IMG/VR virus record: IMGVR_UViG_3300010157_000040
Location: 32,001 to 96,000 of that record
DNA: 64,000 nucleotides
Reading direction: 5' to 3' (one strand)
Source: a virus
Notes under the pieces: generated by a model
Database searches by the model: none
What the model saw: the letters and a program-made list of their open reading frames with translations, nothing else
What the model was told of the DNA's origin: nothing
Position numbers and translations under genes: made by a program
Part shown: positions 19,801-28,100 of the stretch, in pieces
Layout: the number at the start of each line of letters is the position of its first letter
How positions within the stretch are numbered: position 1 is the stretch's first letter

Positions 19801-22339
19801 TAATCTTAAAAGATCTCCTACAGTTGTTGTAAGAACTAAAACTGGTAATTACTATAATCCAATATTATTTCCGACAGGTGCAAATATTGGTCCAGCATTT
19901 ATTCAAGATGCTGCAGGTAATTATATTGATAATTCATTAGTTACATTAGGATATTTTCAAAATGATCATGCAAGTAATGCTGGACAATCATGGGGACCAC
20001 CAGCAAATCCAACTGGAGCACAGTTTCCAAGTTTTGATAATATCAGTATACCATTTGCACAAAACATTGCAAGTCATTATGCAGGTATAAAAGTAAGACT
20101 AAGAAATCAATATGGACAACTTAACTCAATTAAACAAGTAGTAATAACTCCTTGTGAACAAAAGTCAAGTACATATAAAACTGCTCTTAGTTCATACACT
20201 TGTTTAAATGAAAATTTTTATATTAAAACAATTTTAGCTACTCCAGTATTTTTTGGAGGAGACACATATGTAAATAGATACACTGAAAAAAACACCATGT
20301 TCTTTTTCTATGATTGGTTATATGGTCAACCTGATGGTTTTGAATTTAATTATTTATTGCATCAAATGGTTCCTGAACCAAGATTTTGGGCAAATTCTAA
20401 AGCATATGATATAACAGATCTTGCACCTACAAACTGGTCTAATCCTACTCCTGGAACTGGAGCATTACCTACTAAGTTTTATAATTTAGATAATAGAAAC
20501 TATAACTATGAAGATGATAGTCATGGAAATTATCCAGGTACATTTAGAGTTAAAGAATCATTTTTCTATTTAGCTGTTTCATCTGTAAGAGATTTCTTTG
20601 TAGAAAGTGATATCATAGTAGATTTTAGAAAACCAACTACAGTAGAAGCTGAAAGATTTTATGATCCTTATAACTATACTGATCTTCCTGCTTTGTTTAA
20701 TATGAATCCTGATGTAATTGCTAAAGGAGATGTATATAGATATGATTATTCATTAAGTATATCTAAATCAAATGCACAATATTCTTCTGCAGGTAATTTG
20801 CAAAATAGAAACTATAACCCAAATGTATCTCAGTTGTGTTATGTATACTATCCAGATAGATTATATTATTCTAATCCACAACAAAATGATTCATATAATG
20901 ATGCATGGTTTATATATTTAGCAAATAACTATAATCAATTTAAGTCTCAACTTAGTGGTGTTAAATCTATTAATAAAAGTGGTTTATTTATTACATTTAA
21001 AAATGCTAGTCCATTAATGTATCAAGGTGTTGACACACTTCAAACAGAAATTGGTACTAAAATTACTATTGGTGATGGAGGTTTATTTTCACAACCAGGA
21101 CAATCAGTAACTAATGCTGATGTACCATATGAGTATGGTTCATCTCAAAGTAGATTAAGTGTTATATCTTCACCTGCTGGACTTTATTACATCTCACAAA
21201 ACCAAGGTAAGATATTTAGTTATGCTGGAGGTTTAAAAGAAATATCACAAATAGGTTTAAAGTGGTGGTTTAATTTATTTTTACCATATAAACTTACGGA
21301 AGATTTTCCTGAATATCCTTATAAAGATAATCCTGTAGCAGGTATAGGTTGTCAAACATTATATGATAATGAAAACTCTATCTTATATTTTTGTAAAAAA
21401 GATTATAAATTAAAACCGGAAACAGATAGACCAGTAGGAACAGTTACATATGTACCATTAATTACTACCGGTAAGAAAAAAGGTCAAGGAGATTATTTCC
21501 AAATAGAAGGAAGTACAGGTCAGTTTCAATTAGGTGATGAATTATTATTTGAAGATGCATCATGGACTACAAGTTTTGATCCTAAAAATGAATTCTGGTT
21601 ATCTTATCATGACTGGCATCCTGATTTAGTTATCCCTAATAAAGGAAAATTCTTAACAACAAAGACTAATCAAATATGGAAACATAATGATCTTTGTGCA
21701 AATTTCTGTAATTATTACGGAACACCATTTCCTTTTGAAATAGAATTTCCAATTATTACAGGACAAACAATTACTACATTAAAAAGTATAGATTATGTTT
21801 TAGAATGTTATAGAAGATCAGAAGTTAATTGTATAGATCAACATCATGTACTTGATGTTAATTTTGATAGAGCAGTTATATTTAATACTGAACAAGTATC
21901 AGGACATTTGAATCTTAATTTGTTTCCAAAAAATAATGTAACTTTAAGTTTAGATTATCCTAAATTAAATGTTAATCAAAACTCATATGATATTTTATTC
22001 TCTAAAGAAGAAAACAAATATAAGTTTAATCAATACTGGGATATAACAAGAGATAGAGGTGAGTTTCCTATTGGTTCTAATTATCCTCCTACAGGTCCTG
22101 TTATTCCTGGAAGTACTTTACTATTAGGAAATTATGATAATGAAAACATTTGGATAACAGAAGCTAACGGTTATAAGAAAAAATTAAATGTTGCTAATAT
22201 TGATTATAATAAACCACAAATGCAAAGAAAGAAATTTAGACATTATATAAATTTCCTTAATCTTACAAAAGATGTATCTGGTGATATCAATATGTTACTT
22301 AAATTAGTAAATACTAAAAATCAAATATCTCCAAGGTAA
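16832..22339 (+). CDS. Tail stabilization (muzzle/nozzle) protein
   Basis: 1835 aa. N-terminal FTKGLNKD…HARN as in P22 gp10-like nozzle proteins, plus 'YLRDEVYAFFI', 'IRHHKFP', 'FGGDTYVNRY' and 'WLSYHDW'. Confidence 0.8.
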   Translation: MGQFQNTSKELNHSFTKGLNKDSDPSFVGEGMWTHARNVVNNSKEGDLGSLSNDTSNYLCATAGSTMPLIAQQKFIIGVIHLFSGNWLIFTAGHNALGIPVMSEIGLLEESSCLYRPIVQDACLGFDKRYLISGSSRKKEDCSWQAYWADGLNPDRYINVGDPQTWPLPNEYTWLGLPITNPSTVNYYVDNLGNQILWPGVKWKQLCDDNVGCVQLVPGVWPPNCPTVNSCITCTNINELDCEKSRLARLMDTPCLKTRLGPGGGTLKNGTYFAVIAYLIKGIKVTDYFSPSNSQPVYHPDDLRGSLVIDVEADSVNFSEFSLVIVQNVNEATIAKKFGIYSTKTRTIQIDQLPMDLVTVPLSFIPIQTPIFEKSDQIAEVNSYLLRVGPTSKFDFNYQPLANQISAKWTSVEYPSNYYTKGGNKTSYLRDEVYAFFIRWIYDTGDKSASYHIPGRPPRNFTNGNVSGNETTDNINDLNTLDNTDQLFEMYNTASSTGVPTLIGTTTDDGGIILDSGDMGYWESTEVYPDTIPEIWNSSSHCWTGPIGQSGLYDLCGKPIRHHKFPDNYLNVNTVHFRKNTVTSPPNPQANEGLAIRLMGVRFENIILPKDNDGVDITGIVGYEILRGSREGNQSIIAKGMINNLRTYEIKGSVQRNRIGLYPNYPFNTIIPPMNLFNTNDNNYAYNDPFIRMPHKPNDYSVVDNQTIPTDIITFHSPDLMFSTPFLDSTEIKLYGHLQGQSSQYFAEPNGHPKWKLLADAAVLIATLVGIGEAIISIIGKRVYNQPGSSFTQQRQLEQLIYGETTVSQSINSAEWNAYTLGPLGPRFIYQQKYNAYFNSGQGILDAFTGTDFLDGYLNTFNKNGGQYGTYTAPALDRELTWTDYIPAPVQIAFDVLGGISKFLYYFSEGADVALKVIQASIRYDQYALQQIGHGFYDNMLPPLINKVQRFKMEDSFYIRDNIQEVPYYLGNVYNSSNAPITVPYRYSINNLKRSPTVVVRTKTGNYYNPILFPTGANIGPAFIQDAAGNYIDNSLVTLGYFQNDHASNAGQSWGPPANPTGAQFPSFDNISIPFAQNIASHYAGIKVRLRNQYGQLNSIKQVVITPCEQKSSTYKTALSSYTCLNENFYIKTILATPVFFGGDTYVNRYTEKNTMFFFYDWLYGQPDGFEFNYLLHQMVPEPRFWANSKAYDITDLAPTNWSNPTPGTGALPTKFYNLDNRNYNYEDDSHGNYPGTFRVKESFFYLAVSSVRDFFVESDIIVDFRKPTTVEAERFYDPYNYTDLPALFNMNPDVIAKGDVYRYDYSLSISKSNAQYSSAGNLQNRNYNPNVSQLCYVYYPDRLYYSNPQQNDSYNDAWFIYLANNYNQFKSQLSGVKSINKSGLFITFKNASPLMYQGVDTLQTEIGTKITIGDGGLFSQPGQSVTNADVPYEYGSSQSRLSVISSPAGLYYISQNQGKIFSYAGGLKEISQIGLKWWFNLFLPYKLTEDFPEYPYKDNPVAGIGCQTLYDNENSILYFCKKDYKLKPETDRPVGTVTYVPLITTGKKKGQGDYFQIEGSTGQFQLGDELLFEDASWTTSFDPKNEFWLSYHDWHPDLVIPNKGKFLTTKTNQIWKHNDLCANFCNYYGTPFPFEIEFPIITGQTITTLKSIDYVLECYRRSEVNCIDQHHVLDVNFDRAVIFNTEQVSGHLNLNLFPKNNVTLSLDYPKLNVNQNSYDILFSKEENKYKFNQYWDITRDRGEFPIGSNYPPTGPVIPGSTLLLGNYDNENIWITEANGYKKKLNVANIDYNKPQMQRKKFRHYINFLNLTKDVSGDINMLLKLVNTKNQISPR

Positions 22340-25065
22340 TGAAAAAGTATATAACAAAAAGGTCTAACATAAAAGGAGCTGGTAAAGGTTTATTTACTAA
22401 AGCTGCATATAAAAAAGGAGAAGTAATTGGTTTAGCACATGTTAATGATCAACCTGCTACAGAAATAGGAAGGAATCATAATCATAATGAAGAAAATCCT
22501 ACTGCATATAATGAAAAAATAAATAATAAAAGATATTTATTTGCATCAAGAGATTTAAAACCTAATGAAGAAATTACTACTAACTATAGATTACAACCTG
22601 AGTTAGAACAACCTGAAGATTTTCAAAAAAGAAAAGGTGGTACTGTATCTATGCCTACTGATAAACCTGAAAAATCTAAAAAGTTTTCTAGAAGTTTAGA
22701 TGCAACCAATAGATTGTTTACAGAAAACAAATTATTTAAAATACCTAAGTCTAGAAAGAATAAAGTATTTGATCCACATGCTAAATATTATGCAGAAGGT
22801 GGTAGTTATGAAGAAGCAGAATTAACTCCAGAAGAAATAGAAGCATATAGAGCAGAAGGATATACTGTAGATGAAACTGAATATAAAGAAGGTGGTGCAT
22901 ACTATGATGATTCTAGAGATGCTTGGGTAGATGCAGATGGAAAAGTAGGACCTAATGGTCCAGCATATTCTAATGGTGGAGATATTTCTGTACCTTCATT
23001 AAATCAAATGCAAGATGGTGGAACATATACATATGCAGGTAGAAAAGATTCTACATATAAAAAAGATGCAAGTGGTAATTGGTTAATTAAAAATGCATCT
23101 ACCGGAAATAAGTTTACTGCTATCAGTGATCCAAAAGGTACAAGAACTAAAACATTAAATGCACAAGCTGTACCAACTAGTACACCAAGAGCAATAGAAA
23201 AAGTATATGCATCAACAGCTGAATCTACAGATACTCCTAATATTAGAGAAAGAACAGCACTTGATGCACCATATAAAATGAATCAATATGTTAAACATGT
23301 AAATAATGAACATGGTTTAGTTATAAATTATAAAAACAGTATTTATAATAATACAGCTTTTACACCTAAAGATAAAGATAAATATATAAATAAACTAAAA
23401 GGTAAAAACTTAGATCAACAAGCTGAAATATCTAAAAATTATTTAATGGGTCTTGCTACAGTAAAAGCTAATCAAGGTACTATAAGAGGTGTACCAAAAA
23501 AAGGTACAGCAGATTATATTGAAAGAGGTTGGGATATGGTAACAAATCCATTTGCTGCTTTTCATTATTCTGTTGCAACAGGAGATGTTAATAATATGCC
23601 ATGGCATTATAATGATGCAATGAGAAGAGGTATTAATCCAGAGAAATCATTAAGAGGTGGATCAGAAATTAGTGAAATTGCTAATACACCAAATCCTTTT
23701 GATGCAGGTGATAAAGTTGCATGGAATACAGGACAAGGAAATTATGGTGCTGCACTAATGCATGCTACAAGATTTTTACCATACACAGCAACAACAGTTG
23801 GTGCTAACATGCTTGGGGCATTAAATAGATTTGGTAATGTTGTTGAATCTGCTGCTAATTATAAACCATTAGTTGGTATATCAAGAAGTACTAGTACTCT
23901 TGGAAGAGCATTAGAAGAAACTGCAACTCTTAATAATTCATTAAGAGTAGGAAGTATGGCTCAATCTGTGTCATTAACTCCAGATATTATATCAGATGCA
24001 GGTGACTATATAAATTCAGGAGGTAGAAAAACTGAACAAGGAATGAATGCTTTAAAAAATACAGGTAGAGCATTATTATATGGAACATCTGCATTATCAA
24101 CAAGACCTGGTTCATATGGTTCATTAATTAATCAAAATTTAACACCATATAAAGCACCATATAATATTTATAATGACATATATAATGTATATCATAAAAA
24201 ACCTAATAGAATGTCATCAGTTCCATTAGATTTATTTGGTGCTGCAAGATCATTAGCTGGTTTACGTGGAGCAAGAAAATTAGGTGGTGAACAAAAAAGT
24301 ATAGAAGCAAATGTTACAGATGAAGATATACAAGATTTAATTGATCAAGGTTTTATTGTTGAAGAAGTTGATACATATTCTGAAGGTGGTGATATAAACA
24401 CAGAGATGATTAATACAGAAATAATGGATACAGAATCTCCACAAGATTTAGATCCTGTTCATATGAAAAAATATTTGAGTGACTTAAGATACTTAGAAAA
24501 TGGTATTAAAAAAGGATATAAAAATGATAAATGGTATCCACATGCTAGTGTTGAAGGTGGTGCAAAAACAATTGCTTATGGACATAAGTTAGCAAATAAT
24601 TCAGAATACAAAGGTGGACTTACTGAAAAAGAAGCATTAGCATTACAAAAAGAAGATGTATTAAAACATCAATCAGAAGCAGAAAGATTAACTGATGCAA
24701 AATATGGTGAAGGTACTTTTGATAAATTACCACAAAAAAATCAAATGTTATTAGTTGACTATGCATATAATGGTGTATATAATAAATTTCCATCATTTGT
24801 AAAGAGTGTTGTAAATAATAATAAAAAAGGAATGTTAAATAATTACAAAAGATATTCTGGCAACAATCCTATTACAAATAGAAATGAATGGACTGCAGAT
24901 GTAATTAATGATCAAGAAAAAACTAACAAAACTGTAGATAAAGCTAAAAAGTCAGAAAATAGTTTTATAAATAGTATTGTTCCTACTTTATATGGAGAAT
25001 CTAAACCTAAAGCTAAACCACAATCAAAGAAGGTATATAACTTTATGACAGGTAAATACCAATAA
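22339..25065 (+). CDS. Multidomain putative virion protein: N-terminal SET domain, C-terminal lysozyme-like domain
   Basis: SET motifs: SNIKGAGKGLF, GRNHNHN, RDLKPNEEITTNY (22339-~22590). Lysozyme-like motifs: YLENG…EGGAKTIAYGH…LVDYAYN (~24470-24900). Confidence 0.8.
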   Translation: MKKYITKRSNIKGAGKGLFTKAAYKKGEVIGLAHVNDQPATEIGRNHNHNEENPTAYNEKINNKRYLFASRDLKPNEEITTNYRLQPELEQPEDFQKRKGGTVSMPTDKPEKSKKFSRSLDATNRLFTENKLFKIPKSRKNKVFDPHAKYYAEGGSYEEAELTPEEIEAYRAEGYTVDETEYKEGGAYYDDSRDAWVDADGKVGPNGPAYSNGGDISVPSLNQMQDGGTYTYAGRKDSTYKKDASGNWLIKNASTGNKFTAISDPKGTRTKTLNAQAVPTSTPRAIEKVYASTAESTDTPNIRERTALDAPYKMNQYVKHVNNEHGLVINYKNSIYNNTAFTPKDKDKYINKLKGKNLDQQAEISKNYLMGLATVKANQGTIRGVPKKGTADYIERGWDMVTNPFAAFHYSVATGDVNNMPWHYNDAMRRGINPEKSLRGGSEISEIANTPNPFDAGDKVAWNTGQGNYGAALMHATRFLPYTATTVGANMLGALNRFGNVVESAANYKPLVGISRSTSTLGRALEETATLNNSLRVGSMAQSVSLTPDIISDAGDYINSGGRKTEQGMNALKNTGRALLYGTSALSTRPGSYGSLINQNLTPYKAPYNIYNDIYNVYHKKPNRMSSVPLDLFGAARSLAGLRGARKLGGEQKSIEANVTDEDIQDLIDQGFIVEEVDTYSEGGDINTEMINTEIMDTESPQDLDPVHMKKYLSDLRYLENGIKKGYKNDKWYPHASVEGGAKTIAYGHKLANNSEYKGGLTEKEALALQKEDVLKHQSEAERLTDAKYGEGTFDKLPQKNQMLLVDYAYNGVYNKFPSFVKSVVNNNKKGMLNNYKRYSGNNPITNRNEWTADVINDQEKTNKTVDKAKKSENSFINSIVPTLYGESKPKAKPQSKKVYNFMTGKYQ

Positions 25066-25066
25066 C

Positions 25067-25117
25067 TAAACTTTTCAAGTTTATGTATTAAACTAAAATT
25101 TATTATATTTATAATAG
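25067..25117 (+). promoter_or_regulatory. Putative promoter/operator (TAAACT x2 + TATATTTATA)
   Basis: Same architecture as 33222-33270. Confidence 0.5.
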
Positions 25118-25127
25118 AACTAATAAT

Positions 25128-28100
25128 ATGAAAAAGAAAGTAAGAATATACAGAGCACAAGATGGTATTGGTAAGTTTTTGCATAAAAAACAAGAAGGTG
25201 GTATGCTTGATGTAAATGAAAGAGGTTACCCAGGTCAACAAGAGCAAACTCCTGTAACTCAAGAACAATTGACTCAGTTAGTTGTTAATGATATATCTCA
25301 AGGTATTTCTAAAGAACAAGTGATTGTTAAACTTGCTACTGTACATGGATTAGATCCAATGCAAGCTAGTCAATTTTATGATCAAATTTTTGGATTATTA
25401 GAAGATCAAAAACAAAAAGATATTGACAGTGTTGAAAATCCAGATGAAACAGAAACTGTAGACAATCCTGAAGAAGAAGTTGTAGAAGAAGAAACTCCAG
25501 ATACATTAAATTATGATCACACAAGTAATGCAGGTTTAGATATTGCACAAGAAGATGATGGTTTAGATGTTGCTAATGAAGATTTAGGAACTCTTGAATC
25601 TGATCTTATAATGAGAAGAGGTGGTTTAGTTAGAGCAGATGAAGGTGCAAGTATAGATGATACACTTTGGAATACACAAACTTATCCAATTCAATTTCCT
25701 GGTATGGATACATACTTACCTGATAATACAGGTATGGATCAATATATAAATCAACAAAATACACAGACTGTTGCAGATAGAGCATACCCAGATCCAACTG
25801 GTGGAATGTTAAATAATACTGACACAGCATCTAATTATGCAGAACGTGTACCAGATCCTAATGCAGATACATCAGAATATAAAAAAGGTGGTACATATAA
25901 AACTGATAAAAGGAAGTTTGTTAATTCAATTCTTAACTTAGTTAAGAAACAAATGGGTGGACAAGAAAAACCTATGTCTAATGATGCAGATCCTACTGGA
26001 CAAAATGTTAGAACAAATAATTTACAAGCATTTATTGGTACAGTAAAAAATCAAAGTCAAATTGCTATTGCTAAAAAAGAAGCAGAAGAACAGTATGATA
26101 AGATGATGCAGCAACAACAGATGATGATACAACAACAACAACCACCAATGTATCCTATGGCACAAGAAGGTGGTATGTATCCTAATATGGATGAAGATCC
26201 AGAAAATCCTATGCATCATTTAGAAGCATATGCAAATACAACACATGGTATTTTTGATCAACCAATGGTTGGACTTTCTCAAGCACAGTATGGTGGTAAT
26301 ACAGAAGGTTGTTTTCCTACACAATTACCTAATGGTCAAGTAATTACTAATTGTTTTCCAAGACAAGAACAAAGAGATGAAAATCAAAGACAAATTGATG
26401 CAGGATCATATGATGGTTTAGGTGCTACACAAGAACAAGATATTGATAGAGGTAATTATCCAAAAATATTTGATCCTAATGAATCTCATGTAACTAATTT
26501 TCCAAAAAGATTTGATCCTTATGCACCTCATGTACCTAGTTATGTTAATTATGGTAATGGTCAAGTAATGTATACTCCAAGAAGAAGACAAACTAATATA
26601 GGTGTGATACCTGGTATGCAAGGATTACAAGGTATGCCTAATTTTGGTTATGGTAATGGTATGCCTCCTATTACTAAATTAGATGTAAGAAGATCTGGTT
26701 TGTTTGGTAGACCAAGAAGATATACTGCAGAGTTTGGACAAGGTGCAATGTTACCGGGTCAACAAGGTTCTGGTATAGGTTTTTATGGTTATGGTGCACC
26801 TGAAATAAAAAAGTCACCTGCTAGAGTTATAGTAGAAAATGTTGCATCAACGGTTAATAATGAAGCTATAAAAGAAGTAGCAAAAGTAACTCCGGGAAGT
26901 ACAGCAACTACAACTGCAGTTGATCCAAATAAAAAAGCTACTGAAGTAAAAGTTGTTCCAGGAAGTGGATCTGGTTCTGGTTCTGGAACAGGTAATACTA
27001 ATAAGAAATCTAATACAGGTAATTCAACACCAATTAAATCTAATGAAGAAGTTGTTATTGATCCAAAAACTGGTTATGCAAGTAAAGATCAATTTAATGT
27101 TAGACAAGGAATAAAAATTGGTAATGTTGCTTTTGTAACAGATTTAAAAAATAATGATTTGTACACACAAATGCAAGATGTGTGGACAGGTAATCCTGTT
27201 GAAAATGAATGGAAAAAAAATGATCCAACATATATGCCATCTAAAGGTGGTGCAAAAAATGTAAATAGTAATCCTACTATAGGACCTAATGGTGAAAAAC
27301 GTCATACATTAGGAAGAATGTATCCTGGTGAAACTAATGCACATTTTAATCAAAGAGTAAAAGAATATAATGCAAAACCATGGTATGAAAAAATGGTTAA
27401 CACAAATCCAGAAAAAGAATGGGCTGATAGTCAAAGTAATAACTATAATGATGTAGGACCTATGCAATACCTTGCACCAACATCAGTTGGTTCAGGTGCT
27501 ATACTTGGTGCAGGAAAATTATCTGCAGAAGTTGCAAAAAAACTTGCAAGTAAAGTAGCACCAAAAGTTGCTAAAGTAGTTAGTAAAGTAGCAAAAACAC
27601 CAGCACAAGTAAAAGCAGCAAAAGCACTTGCATCTCAGAAAGCAATGTTAAGACAAATTAATAAAGGTAATTATGGGTATCACGAAGAAGGTGGTATTAT
27701 AGATACATCTACTATAGATCCAAATAATCCTGAGTTAATGAGATTTGTATATGGTGGTAATGATCCTTATGTTACACAACAAGATATAAACTATAGTAAC
27801 TCTAAAGATGTAACAGATCCATATTTTCAAGGTGGTGGTGAATTAACTGATGAAGAACAGAAAGAAGCAGATGCAGCAGTATATGATAAAATCAATCCTG
27901 AAATTTTAGCACAAATTCAGAAAGAACAAGCAGCATCTTCACCAAATCCATATATGGAACCTGTTGGTCAAAGAGATAAAAGTTTACCTGATTCTGCTAA
28001 TAGAGAAAACTATAGTAGATTAGTTGAAAATGGTAAAGTGTATACTGGATATAATCCAGATCATAAGTATGTAGGTGCTGATTATGTACCTAAAAATACT

